DNA from: Eledone cirrhosa
Lineage: Eukaryota
DNA: 64,000 bases
Assembly: GCA_964016885.1 (NCBI GenBank)
Contig: CAXHJY010000001.1
Location: 620,001-684,000, forward strand
Reading direction: 5' to 3'
This document shows positions 26,340 to 39,930 of the stretch, piece after piece (position 1 is the stretch's first letter; every line of letters starts with the position of its first letter). The notes under the pieces were generated by a model. That model had not been told where the DNA came from. It was given only the letters and a program-made list of their open reading frames with translations, and ran no database searches. The translations under genes and the position numbers were made by a program.

Positions 26340-26632
26340 CAGTCATGGGTAACCTGCGGCCCACAAAGCTTTCTAAATTACTCACCTAAATCACCTAAGT
26401 AAAATCTTTCTGATTTTTTTACCCCAACTTTTCAGTCGTAATTTATCTTTCTATAATTTTTAACGATTGAGGAAAACAACGTGTACGAATTCTGAAGAAA
26501 CAAATCAAAACAACCTGAGTTATCACCCTTTTTTTTTAATGTGGGCACAAATGTAAATTAGCGCTTGCGGCCTCCCTGATGATGAGCCATATCTCATGCA
26601 GCCCGCTTCTCGAAAAAGGTTGCCCATGCCTG
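26340..26632. mobile_element. hAT-type MITE
   Basis: TIRs CAGTCATGGGTAACCT / AGGTTGCCCATGCCTG; degenerate 8-bp TSD gattaagg / ggttaatg. Confidence 0.7.
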
Positions 26633-27855
26633 GGTTAATGGCTGAAACCCTTGCATGAGGTGAGAGGGTGGTTCTTCTCTGGTGACCTTCTCCTGTCCAA
26701 CTTTCTTGAGAGTTTCTGACCACATAATACTACATAGTACGGCATAAATACTGTTACAAAATAAAATGCTTATAACTCCTTCAATATTTATTGTACCTAG
26801 CTACAATTGTGGCACAATGTAATTAATAAAATGTTTATTAACACCATGAAATCTTATTTGATATGCTTTCCTTTTGTTCTCACATCTCGAGATCATCTTT
26901 ACATAGCCTCCTCATGGATCTCTCTGAAATTTCGGCCTCTTTCACCATTTTTCTCATGAATCTTTTTGGCTTACATCTGATTTTCTCATGCATGTATTTG
27001 ATTAGTTTTGGTGTTCAGAAGGTGCTAGGACGTCCTGATCTTGGCTTTTGTTGAGGAAGTTTCTTTGAAGTGATCAATGGTCCTTTTTATGAGCATTCTG
27101 TTAATTTCAAGCTGTTTTCCAGTTATAAAAATCTGAGGTGGAGTCTACTTTTTTTCATGCTGTCCAATTATGAATTTTCCTTTCAATTCTAAGGACATTT
27201 AAATAATAATAATAATGAAATTATTGTGTACACTGCTCAGGTGCATATATAGTACATAGAATAATGTATAAAGGCCAGGAAAGTGAACAGTGTATGAGTC
27301 ATGAAATACACACACATGCATGCGTGTGTATGGAAGGGGGATATCAGGTGTAGTGTTGGCGAATTTCAGGAAGCATGGAGGTTTTAAAGGATGTAGTGTC
27401 CCAGTAGCTAACAACTGATGCAGGTAATTTGTTCCATGCTTCAGCAACTCTGAACATGAAAAAATGTGCAATGAATCCTTATATAACCCCCAAAACAGTT
27501 AGTATATAGTATTAGGTTAATATTTGAGCAATCAGATCAATAATAAAGTAATTATTATTGGTTTCTTATATAAGCATAAGGCCAGAAATTTGTGGGTGGG
27601 GGGGGTCTATTAAAGCGCTCCCTGTGTGTGACTGGTACTTTATTTTATCGACCCAGTAAGGATGAAAGGCAAAGTTAATCTGGGCGGGATTTGAACTCAG
27701 ATCATAAAGGGCCGTAACTCTATGCTGCAAAGCATAAAGTAATTAATATTATGACTTAAACTCATTTGATATTTTGTAACAGTATTTATGCTGCACCCTG
27801 TATATATTTGTAAAGTAATGTTAGATATTTCTACTTGTTTGTTTTATTTTAACAG

Positions 27856-27993
27856 TGTGTAAAGCTGGTTATTTTGGTGTCCATTGTTCAAATCCCTGTA
27901 AATGCAAGGACAGTGCAAACTGTAACCCTAAAACTGGACACTGTCCAAACAACAAGTGTCTACCTGGTTTTACTGGTCATGACTGCCAAGCTT
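27856..27993 (+). CDS. EGF exon K (intact)
   Basis: taacAG / GTTAGT; VCKAGYFGVHCSNPCKCKDSANCNPKTGHCPNNKCLPGFTGHDCQA. Confidence 0.88.
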
Positions 27994-28039
27994 GTTAGTA
28001 TGCTTATTTTAAACTGTAAATGTTCATTTATTAACAGCG

Positions 28040-28720
28040 TGCCTCCTGATGTGCCCTGTGTGCCTCTGATGTTCCCAGTCTGCCTCTTGTGTACCTACTC
28101 TGCTTCTGATGTTCCCAGTATGCCTCTTGTATTCCCAGTGTGTCTCTGATGTGCTCAGTGTGCCTCTGATGTGCCAACTGTGCCTCTGATGCTCCCAGTC
28201 TGCCTCTTGTGTTCCCAGTGTGTCTCTGATATACCTAGTGTGCCTCTGATGTGCCAACTGTGCCTCTGATGCTCCCAGTCTGCCTCTTGTGTTCCCAGTG
28301 TGTCTCTGATATACCTAGTGTGCCTCTGATGTACCTACTGTGCTTCTGATGTTCCCAGTCTGCCTCTTGTGTTCCCAGTGTGTCTCTGATATACCTAGTG
28401 TGCCTCGGATGTGCCTACTGTGCTTCTGATGTTCCCAGTGTGCCTCTTGTATTCCCAGTGTGTCTCTGATGTGCCCAGTGAGCCTCTGATGTTCTCAGTA
28501 TGCCTCCTATGTACCTAGTGTCCACTGATATTCCAGTGTGCCTCTGATGTTCCCACTGTGCTCCAATGTTCCCAGTATGCCAGTATGCCTCTAATATCCC
28601 AGTGTGCTTCTGGATGTTCACAGTGAGCCATTGTGCCTCTTGAGTACCCACTGTGTCTCTGATGTTCCCACTGTACCTGTGTGCTTCTAATTTTCCAAGT
28701 GTGCCAGTGTTTCTCTAGCA
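28040..28720. repeat. ~20-bp minisatellite (gtgtgcctctgatgttccca) with higher-order periodicity
   Basis: Direct tandem repetition, decaying toward the 3' end. Confidence 0.9.
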
Positions 28721-29169
28721 TAGTTTCTATTGTTGGATGCCCTTCCTAACACTACCTCACAGCATGTACTGGGTGCATTTCCTCATGGCACCACCTTTAC
28801 CACATGCCAGGGTGGTCTTGCTACTTTTATCATGGTACCACACTAACACTTTACAGTATGGGCTGGATGCATTTTATCACAGCATCAAACACTTCCATTT
28901 TCCAGTGTAGGCTTGGTGCACTTGATCATGGCACCAGCACTACCACATTTCAACACTGGGGTGTTTAACCCTTTAGCATTTAAACTGGCCATATCTGACC
29001 AGAATCCTCTCACCTCTTTCTGTTGAAACCGGCCATAACTGGCCACTCATACTGACATTAAGGTATTCTTCTCAAAATAGATAAAATCAAAATCTCATAG
29101 ATTCGACATTATGAGATACTTATGTGAGGCAAAGCCTTTACCATGAAAATACAATAGTATATATAGAGT

Positions 29170-31640
29170 CATCATCATCATCACCGTTTTACGTCCGTTC
29201 TTCCACGCTAGCATGGGTTAGACGGGTTGTCCTGTTGTGGGCAGTGTCTGGTCGGCTGACTATGCTTTGCTCATACAGGAACTGATTTGGCTTGATTTCT
29301 ACAGCTGGATGCCCTTCCTAACACCAACCTCATTTACAGTGAGTGCTGGGTGCTTTTTCGTGTTGCCTACACGTCCACTTTACAGTGTGGGCTGGGTGCT
29401 TTTTGCCGTGGCACCTCCACGACCACCTTGAAGTGGGGGGTGTGGGGGCTTATTGTCTATATGCATCAGCTTGTACCCATGGGAGGTCGGGTACTCTGTA
29501 TTTCTGCGAGACGCCAGAGGTCACGGTCATGTGTCATCGCCTTTGAGAGGTGGAATTGGGTAAGGTCGGTTTTTATCACCTCATCCCAGGTCATCTTGGG
29601 TCTCCCCACTCCGCGGTTTCCATCGACTTCTAGTGCTCTGCACCTTTTTATGCAGCTGTCATCCTTCATACGCATCACATGTCCATACCAACGCAACTGC
29701 CTCTCCTGCACACAGCATTTGATTCCTCTTATGCTCAGTCTCTCTCTCAATTCATTTATGCTTTGTCGTTCGCGTATATTACTGTTACACATCCATCGGA
29801 GCATGCAGGCTTCGTTTCTCTCTAATCTACATAAGTCTTCCACCTTCAGCGCCCAGGTCTCACTACCATGCAACATTGCTGTTCGGATACACGCATCATA
29901 CAGTCTGCCTTTCATTTTGAGGGAAAAGCCTTTTGCAGCTAGCAGTGGTAGTAGTTCCCTAAGCTTCTTCCATCCCGTTCTTACCCTAGTTATTGTACTT
30001 TCTGAACACCCACCTCCGCTGCTAATTCGGTCACCTAGGTAGCAGAAGCTGTCTACTCTTTCTACAGAGCCCTCCGAGAGATTGGTGGTACTTGTTTCCT
30101 GTGGCTTTTTGCTGCGTGCTGTCCCAGCACAGCTGCTGCATGTGAAGCCTACATTCTTAATTAAGCTTCCTGAGATCCCGCTACATCTCTTGTGTACCCA
30201 TTGTTTGCATTTGGGGCAGGGAATGGAGTTCCTACCTACACCTTTCCTACATACTGAGCAAGGCCATTTCCCTGAGGGGATCTGGGTTCTGTTTTCTCGT
30301 CTACTTACAAGGACCTGAGTCTTTATCATGTTGACTTTGAGACCCTTTCTTTCTAGTCCCTGCTTCCAAGTTTGGAATTTCTTCTCTAGCTCTACCATAG
30401 ATTCAGCTATAAGTGCGAGGTCATCAGCATACAGGAGTTCCCATGGGCATCCGGTCTTAAACTCCTCCGTTATTGCCTGCATGACTATGATGAACAGGAG
30501 GGGGCTAAGAACAGAGCCCTGGTGGACCCCAACCTGTACGCTAAATTCCTCGCTATACTCATTACTAATCCTAACTTTGCTGACTGCTCCCCTATACATG
30601 GCTTGTACCGCTTTCACAAGCCATTCATCTACTCCTAGTTTTCTAAGAGCCCATCAGATTACAGCACGTGGAACTCTGTCAAAGGCTTTCTCGAGATCGA
30701 CAAATGCCAGGTAGAGTGGCTTGCTTTTAGCTAGGTACTTTTCCTGTACTGCCTCACAAGGAAGAGGGCATCAGTGGTGCCTCTTCCTGGTACAAACCCA
30801 AATTGCATCTCATCTAGTTTCACCCGGTCCCTAATCAACTGTGCTATAACTCTTTCTGTTACTTTCATGACCTGGTCCATCAGCTTTATACCTCTATAGT
30901 TTCCTCTATCTAGTGCATCACCTTTACCTTTGTAGCAGTTGACAATAATGCTACTGCACCAATCTTTTGGTATGACACCTTCTAGTATTACCTGGTTAAC
31001 AATACGTGTGGTTATAGTGTGACCTACAGACCCAGATGCCTTCAGCATCTCAGCAGCTATACCCGATGGACCGGTTGCCTTCCCCATCTTCATATCTTTA
31101 ATTGCCTTACTTACTACGCTGCTGCTGACTTGTACTGCTGGCCCCTCTATAGGGTCTACTTGGGGTAGGGTCTCTTCTTCTCATGCATTCTCCTCATTTA
31201 GTAATCTATCATAATGACTCTTCCATGCATCTTTCTTCTCAGCACTTGTGAGGGCAAGCTCACCTTTATCATTCCGGATACACTTCTCTCCAATGACATC
31301 ACAATTCTCTCTGACACACTACCTCGCAATCTTGAACACCTCCTGTTTCTGGTCCTTACATTGCAAAACATGCTTGAATTTTCTATCCTCTGCTTCCCTC
31401 CTAGCTAAGTATACTTGTCGCCTAGCTTCCCTCTTGTTCTCTATGTAATTTACCCTGCTCCCCCCGTTCTTCCATTCTTTCCATGCCTGTCTCTTGGCCT
31501 TAACTGCCTCATATACCTTATTGTTCCACCACCAAGTCACTCTCCTCCTGCTTGAGGTCTTACTCCAGCCACAGACCTCATCCGTCGCCTCTAGTAAGTT
31601 ATTTTTTAGGAACTCCCAGTTCTCTTCTACATTGAATGTC
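29170..31640 (-). mobile_element. 5'-truncated RTE LINE inserted into a TTAA MITE
   Basis: RT motifs VGVHQGSVLSPLLF and LLYADD, a Cys-rich insert, (GAT)n tail, frameshifts and stops. The MITE halves flank it (28965-29169, 31641-31668). Confidence 0.92.
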
Positions 31641-31877
31641 TATGAGTAATGTAAATGCTAAAGGGTTATATATTGACTTCTTTCAATAACCGGTCACCAA
31701 TACTGACATTAAGGTATTCTTCTCAAAATAAATAATATCATCATCAAAATCTCGTAGTCTCCATAATATGTGATAAAGTGTTTACTGTAAAAATACAATA
31801 GTATATATATATAAAGTAATGTAAATGCTAAAGGGTTAAATTTACTAAATTTCTGTTTGATCCTTTATTTCATCCAG

Positions 31878-32015
31878 TCTGTCCAAGCAATACTTTTGGG
31901 TCTAACTGTCAAAAGGTTTGTCATTGTGAAGAAGGTAAATACTGCAACAGAACCAATGGTGTTTGTGAAGAGGGCAACTGTGAACCAGGCTATATAGGAA
32001 CTGATTGTCAAACTG
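31878..32015 (+). CDS. EGF exon L (intact)
   Basis: atccAG / GTTGGT; xCPSNTFGSNCQKVCHCEEGKYCNRTNGVCEEGNCEPGYIGTDCQT. Confidence 0.88.
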
Positions 32016-32020
32016 GTTGG

Positions 32021-32980
32021 TTTAATACTCTTTTACGTTTACTACTAACTAGTATAACTATATTATTAATGTCTACATATGTTTATTACTCTTTTACTTT
32101 TACTACTAACTAGTATAACTATATTATTAATGTCTACATATGTTTATTACTCTTTTACGTTTACTACTAACTAGTATAACTATATTATTAATGTCTATAT
32201 AGGTTTATTACTCTTTTACTTTTACTACTAACTAGTATAACTATATTATTAATGGCTACATATGTGTATTACTCTTTCACTTTTACTACTAACTAGTATA
32301 ACTAAATTATTAATGACTACATAGGTGTATTACTCTTTCACTTTTACTACTAACTAGTATAACTATATTATTAATGACTACATATGTTTAATACTCTTTT
32401 ACTTTTACTACTAACTAGTATAACTATATTATTAATGACTACATAGGTTTATTACTCTATTACTTTTACTACTAACTAGTATAACTATATTATTAATGAC
32501 TACATAGGTTTATTACTCTTTTACTTTTACTACTAACTAGTATAACTATATTATTAATGACTACATAGGTGTATTACTCTTTCACTTTTACTACTAACTA
32601 GTATAACTATATTATTAATGACTACATATGTTTAATACTCTTTTACTTTTACTACTAACTAGTATAACTATATTATTAATGACTACATAGGTTTATTACT
32701 CTATTACTTTTACTACTAACTAGTATAACTATATTATTAATGACTACATAGGTTTATTACTCTTTTACTTTTACTACTAACTAGTATAACTATATTATTA
32801 ATGACTACATAGGTTTATTACTCTTTTACTTTTACTACTAACTAGTATAACTATATTATTAATGGCTACATAGGTGTATTACTCTTTTACTTTTACTACT
32901 AACTAGTATAACTATATTATTAATGACTACATAGGTTTAATAGTCTTTTATTTCTACTTCTAACTAGTCTAACTATATTA
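32021..32980. repeat. 61-bp AT-rich satellite (~16 units)
   Basis: Unit actcttttacttttactactaactagtataactatattattaatgactacataggtttatt, starting just after the exon L donor. Confidence 0.95.
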
Positions 32981-34494
32981 TGGCAGTATCGGTAGAGAGT
33001 CGGATGCCGTGCTTTCCAGCATAGTTATGTCCCTTTACAATCTGAGTTCAAATCCCGCCGAAGTTAACTTTGCCTTTCATCCTTACGGGGTCGATAAAAT
33101 AAAGTACCAGTAATACACTGGGATAATTGCTGACCTTGTGCTGAAAGTAGAAACAATTATTATTCCTGGTGGACAGTAATGGACCACAGGTGACAGGTTA
33201 ATGTGGGTAGTAAAGTATCTCAGGAGAAAGGTAGATGTAGACAGAAGTATTTGCAAGGAAGCAAACTTGCACCTGTTCCTTACAGGACCCTCCATCTACT
33301 TCTTTCTATCTCCACATGTACTTTATCTGGTTTTCCTAACTGTTATTTATAGTGATCAACTATTATGAAAGTCTTTTACGTTGGAACTACTGCAAATAAA
33401 TAAAATAGTATAAGAAAACATCACAGGAATATGACAAGCATAGAAATATCACTGATGATGTCACAGATATGTGATGAAAAAACTCTGAGAAACTATATTT
33501 ATATTTATATTTTTTAACTGTTGGTCAATCAATATATATAAAAATTTGCTGAAGTATGGAACAAACTACCTGCATCAGTTGTGTGCTGCCAGGACACTGC
33601 ATCCTTTAAAACCTCCATGCTTCCTGAAATTCACTGAAGCATGGAACAAACTACCTGCATCAGTTGTTAGCTGCCGGGACACTGCATCCTTTAAAACCTC
33701 CATGTTGCCTGAAATTCGCCAACCCTGCACCTGATATTCCCCCTCCATACATACATACACACACACACATATATCTTGACTCGAGCCTAGTTAGTACTTA
33801 GATGGGAAACCACTTGAGAAACCTAGGTGCTGTAAGCATTTCCTTTTATTTTTTTTTTGCGCCAACACTACACCTGATATTCCCCCTCCATACACACGCA
33901 TGCATGTGTCTGTGTGTATCTCATGACTCATACATTGTTCACTGTCTGTTCACTAATGTACTATACATTCACCATTGATGAGTTGTAGTGCACCTGAGCA
34001 CTGTACACAATAATTTTATTATTATCATCATCATCATCATTTTACGTCCGCTTTTCCCTGCTTGCAAGGGTGGGACGGGTCTTATTAAGCATGGCATCTC
34101 TTCATTCGTCACGGTCCCTTGTCATCTCCTCCGTGAGTTTCAGCAATTTGAGGTCTTCTCTCACCACCTCCGCCCATGTTTTTCATGGTCTACCTCTACT
34201 GCGTCTTCCTTCTACTGGGATTTGTTGGCACTTCTTTACCCAGCGGTCATCCTCCATGCGCATCACATGTCCATACCATCTCAGCTCAGCCTTCTCTCCT
34301 GCACACCACAACTTATCCCTCTTATACCCAGTTTCTTTCTCAACTCGTCTATGCTTGGTCATTCACGCACATTGGCATTATAGTTATGTATAATTGTGTA
34401 TATGTATGTTATAGCTGTGTATAATTGTATATATGTGTTATTTTATATATATGTTGTGTATATAATTCTATTTTCTTTTTTTTTTTTTTTTCAG

Positions 34495-34632
34495 AATGTA
34501 AAAAGGGTTATTTTGGCTTGAACTGTCAGTATTTGTGCCACTGTGCTGACAACGATCATTGCGACATTAAATCTGGGGTGTGTTCTAGTGTTGGATGTGC
34601 AGCTGGTTTCAGGGGAGACAACTGTCAGTCAG
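34495..34632 (+). CDS. EGF exon M (intact; last EGF exon seen)
   Basis: Poly-T tract, cAG / GTGGGT; ECKKGYFGLNCQYLCHCADNDHCDIKSGVCSSVGCAAGFRGDNCQS. Confidence 0.88.
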
Positions 34633-34760
34633 GTGGGTACTTCTGTCTTTATCAGAAAGTATGTGTGAAGATATATAGCTTAGAGGTTACAGGTGTGTTG
34701 TTCTCAATCATAAGGTCTTGGGTTGAACATCTGGTGCCATATTTTATTGTTCTATATAAT

Positions 34761-34793
<33 letters not shown>

Positions 34794-34794
34794 G

Positions 34795-34852
<58 letters not shown>

Positions 34853-34890
34853 AGTATGTATGTATGTATACGTACATACATATATGTATA

Positions 34891-35406
34891 CAGACGTACA
34901 GTAGTATGTATATATATACATACATGCACACATATATATATGCACGTATCGGTTTACTGAACATTTATTATAATGTCCGGTTTGTTTGTTTGTAAACAGC
35001 CCGAATTACGCCGTACAGTGTTTAGGCAACCACGTCACCTTTTTGTTCAACCCTGACACAGGAACGATGTACTAATTTCAAGCTTATTAGCTATCGTCAG
35101 CATTGTATACCTTCCTGCCAGATGGTTGAACATCTGAAAGTATATACTTTCCTTATGCATATTAACGGCTGAGCAGCCTAATTTGCATATTGAGTGAGTT
35201 CAGTCGGCCGGGCACACCGAAAACGATAAATGGAATAGAATGAAACGAAGGTGACGTGGTTGCCTAAACACTGTATGGCGTAATTCGGGCTGTTTGTTTG
35301 TTTACAAACAAATAAACCGAGCATTATAATAAATGTTCGGTAAACTGATACGTGCATATATATATGTGTGCATGTATGTATATATATACATACTACTGTA
35401 CGTCTG
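34891..35406. mobile_element. Foldback MITE with ~150-bp TIRs, TA-flanked (Tc1/mariner-like)
   Basis: cagacgtacagtag...gcaaccacgtcacctt is the reverse complement of aaggtgacgtggttgc...ctactgtacgtctg. Confidence 0.75.
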
Positions 35407-35419
35407 TATACATATATAT

Positions 35420-35487
35420 GATGGCTGCCCCCTCGTTATCGAGTATGGCCATTGCACGAGAAGAAAAAAAAAAAAATAAAATAAAAA

Positions 35488-35520
<33 letters not shown>

Positions 35521-35722
35521 AAGAAATATATATATATATATATATACATACATACATATATACATACACATATACATACACATACACTCACACATATACA
35601 CACACACATACATTAATAACAATAATAATAATAATAATAATAATAGCAATAATAATAATAACGACAACAATAATAATAATATACATATTCATATATATAT
35701 ACACACACGCACGCACATAAGC

Positions 35723-35760
<38 letters not shown>

Positions 35761-38425
35761 TAGCAACTAACAGTGCTGCGATCGAATGTGGCTTTTTAGC
35801 CCAGCCAATGATCTAAAATGTCTTGCACAGAGTCGGCAACCAAAACATTCACTGGGAATAGTCGGCTGTGGTTGGAGTTCATGTACTTTTGCATGTCGCT
35901 TGAGCCCTCCTGCTGATTTACATTCTCTACCACATGTTTGGCAAGCATGATGAGTAGCATCTCCAACAGCAGCCTGGTAGTCAACCACTGGTCTTACTTT
36001 ATGACTGCGAAGATGACTTTCGAGTCCAGCTTTGCTTAGGCAGAGTCTCGCACAGACGCTGCATGTCAGCACCATAGGAGGACCCTCGCCGTCTGGAAGT
36101 GCAACAGCAATGCCCTTCCTCACATCCCGCTTTACTTTCTCGTGTGCGATTCGAGATGCCTCAAAGGCAACTTTTCCCTCATATACAGTCTTTCTCCATT
36201 TATTACGATCAGCAGCAATATTTTCCCATGTATCAGCAGAGATGTTAGCGTCTTTCAGAGAGGCTTTCAAGGAATCCTTATACCTCTTTTTTGGTTTATG
36301 TGGCGGTCGTTTTCCTTTAACCAACTCTCCATAGAAGAGTTGTTTTGGTATTCTAGAATCCTTCATCCTGGCAAGGTGACCACTCCAACGGAGTCGTTGC
36401 TTAAGCACAAGAGCTTCTATACTGTCACACATAGAGCTTTCCAAAATCTCGACATCACTGATGTGGTCCCTCCAGTGAACGCCATGGATCCGTCTGAGAC
36501 ACATCTGATGGAAACGCTCCAATTGCTTAAGGTGGCATCGATATGTGACCCAGGTCTCGCAGGCATAAAGAAGACAAGAGAGTACACATGCCCTGTACAC
36601 CTTTACCTTTGTCCTCCTGCATATGTCTCGCCGACCCCAGAGTCGCCTTTCTAGCTTTCCGAAAGCATCACTTGCTTTCCTAATCCTAAGTGAGATTTCA
36701 CTGTCAAGGTTGCCGTATCGATTGACAGTGCTTCCCAGGTAGACAAACTGATCAACCACTCCAAGTCGTTTGCCATACACATAGATGTTTGGTTCAGTGT
36801 ACTGCTTACTAGGGGCAGGTTGGTACATGACGACGGTTTTCTTGAGACTGACAGTCAAACCCAGGGCAGTGCAAGCGTCAGAAAATACATTCAAAATGTG
36901 CTGCATATCACTCTCTGTGTGCGCTACAAGATCGCAATCATCTGCATACAAGAGGTCTCTTATGACTGATGTAAATACTTTTGTCTTCGCCGCAAAGCGC
37001 CTGATGTTAAATATGCTGCCTGAGGTTCGATATCGGATGTAAACACCATGCTCGCAATTCCTGAATGCAATACAGAAAACCATTGCAAAGTATATGGCAA
37101 ACAGGGTCGGTGCTGGAATATCCCCCTGTTTCACTAACTAAAGCAAGGAACTTATCAGGGCAACCAAGTTTCTGGAGAACCTTCCATAATGCATCTCTGT
37201 TGACAGTATCGAAAGCCTTTGTCAGATCGACAAAAACCTGATACAGATCCAAGTCTTATTCAATGCACTTCTCTTGGAGCTGTCTTGCTGAGAAGATCAT
37301 ATCAGTAGTGCCGCGTCCAGCACGAAAACCAGATTGACTTTCAGGAAGGACACAATCTGCAATGTGTGTCAGCAGACGGTCCAGAAGCACCCTACATAAA
37401 ACTTTCCCTACGACAGAAAGCAATGATATACCTCTGTAGTTCCCACAATCATTCCTGTTACCCTTTCCCTTGTACAAGACCACCATTACTGCATCTCTCC
37501 AGTCCTCAGGCACGGATTCATTAGCCCATATCCTTCCAAACAGAGAGTGAAGATGTTGCAGGAGTCTCTCACCACCATATTGTAGGAGCTCAGCATGTAT
37601 GCCATCCATACCTGGAGATCTTCCACTGTTCAGCTTCGAAATAGCCACTGCAACCTCCACAAGCGTCGGAGGTTCTGCGAGAGCTACTTTCACAGGACTT
37701 TCTGGAATGAGATTGAGGAAATCTTCACTGACGACAGACGGCCGATTCAAAAGATCATCAAAGTGCTCTCGCCACCTTCATAGAATTCCCTGTGAGTCAC
37801 GAAGAAGTTCTTTGCCATCCTTGCTGCGAAGCGGTGTCACCAGAGAAGAAGACGGTCCATAAACCTCACGCAAGAGACTGTACAACAGCTTTGTGTTATT
37901 GCAATCAGATGCAGTTTGTATCTCACCAGCCTTCTCACTCCACCACTGATCCTTCATCTGAGAAAGACTCCACCTAACACGTGATTTTACATCCCTGAGC
38001 TCCTCATGCAACGTATTCCTCTCCTGTGGTTTTGCCGTCAAGTAGCGTGACAGAGCACGCCTCTTATCAGCCAACAAGTCTTCTATATGTACATCATTCT
38101 CATTAAACCAGTCCTGATGTTTTCTCTGCACCAATCCCAGAACACGCCTGCCTACATCATAAACCGACTTTTTAAGGGTCGGCCAATCCTCACCAAGATC
38201 TGCAGCCTGCATCTCTTCTTCCAATGTCCTCTTCACATTTTTATCCTTAAGACGAGCAGCATTCAATCTTTTGGGCAGGGCAACACCAGGAGCCCGGATT
38301 TTACGTTTGGTGATTAGTTTCACTTTTGCGCGTACCAGGCGGTGGTCCGTCCAGCACTCAGCTCCACAAAGAACACGAACACACTGCACATCCTGTCTGT
38401 CACGCATCCTGACTAGGACGTAGTT
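35420..38425 (-). mobile_element. RTE (BovB-like) LINE with three C-terminal C2H2 zinc fingers, disrupted
   Basis: EN C-terminus (WTDHRLV); RT motifs YRGISLLS, FVDLTKAFD, KQG, LLYADD; three CxxC..H..H motifs; breaks near 37135, 37255 and 37775. The 3' boundary is approximate. Confidence 0.88.
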
Positions 38426-38667
38426 TTTTTTTTGTTGCATGTATATATATATATACATATACATGTATATATATATATATATATATACATATATATATAC
38501 ATGTATATATATATATATACATATATATACATGTATATATATATACATACATGTATATATATATATATATACATACATGTATATGAGGGTGTTAAAGTTT
38601 GCTTGAAGCATTGTGAAATGTGTAAAATACGAATTTAAGAAAGCCACAACAATGCAGATTGTTGTAA

Positions 38668-39930
38668 ACTCTTTTACTTTTACTACTAACTAGTATAACT
38701 ATATTGTTAATGTCTACATAGGTTTATTACTCTTTTACTTTTACTACTAACTAGTATAACTATATTATTAATGGCTACATATGTTTAATACTCTTTTATT
38801 TTTACTACTAACTAGTATAACTATATTATTAATGACTACATAGGTTTATTACTCTTTCACTTTTACTACTAACTAGTATAACTATATTATTAATGACTAC
38901 ATATGTTTAATACTCTTTTACTTTTACTACTAACTAGTATAACTATATTATTAATGACTACATAGGTTTATTACTCTTTTACTTTTACTACTAACTAGTA
39001 TAACTATATTATTAATGACTACATAGGTGTATTACTCTTTCACTTTTACTACTAATTAGTATAACTATATTATTAATGACTACATATGTTTAATAGTCTT
39101 TTATTTCTACTTCTAACTAGTCTAACTATATTATGGCAGTATCAGTAGAGAGTCGGATGCCGTGCTTTCCAGCATAGTTATGTCCCTTTACAATCTGAGT
39201 TCAAATCCCACCGAAGTTAACTTTGCCTTTCATCCTTACGTGGTCGATAAAATAAAGTACCAGTAATACACTGGGATAATTGCTGACCTTGTGCCTAAAG
39301 TAGAAACAATTATTATTCCTGGTAGACAGTAATGGACCACAGGTGACAGGTTAATGTGGGTAGTAAAGTATCTCAGGAGAAAGGTAGATGTAGACAGAAG
39401 TATTTGCAAGGAAGCAAACTTGCACCTGTTCCTTACAGGACCCTCCGTCTACTTCTTTCTATCTCCACATGTACTTTATCTGGTTTTCCTAACTGTTATT
39501 TATAGTGATCAACTATTATGAAAGTCTTTTACGTTGGAACTACTGCAAATAAATAAAATAGAATAAGAAAACATACAGGAATATGACAAGCATAGAAATA
39601 TCACTGATGATGTCACAGATGTGTGATGAAAAAACTCTGAGAAACTATATTTATATTTATATTTTTTAACTGTTGGTCAATCGATATATATAAAAATTTG
39701 CTGAAGCATGGAACAAACTACCCGCATCAGTTGTGTGCTGCCAAGACACTGCATCCTTTAAAACCTCCATGCTTCCTGAAATTCACTGAAGCATGGAACA
39801 AACTACCCGCATCAGTTGTGTGCTGCCGGGACACTGCATCCTTTAAAACCTCCATGTTGCCTGAAATTCGCTAACACTGCACCTGATATTCCCCCTCCAT
39901 ACATACACACACACACATATATCTTGACTC
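38668..39930 (+). repeat. Direct duplicate of host intron ~32520-33782 (61-bp satellite, SINE, unique sequence, CR1 piece)
   Basis: Colinear near-identity ending at atatcttgactc in both copies. Confidence 0.9.

Noticed and set aside
68-34632. Assigning the gene symbol MEGF10/MEGF11/MEGF6
   Set aside because: Only generic EGF-like repeats are visible; no EMI, transmembrane or cytoplasmic exon establishes orthology.
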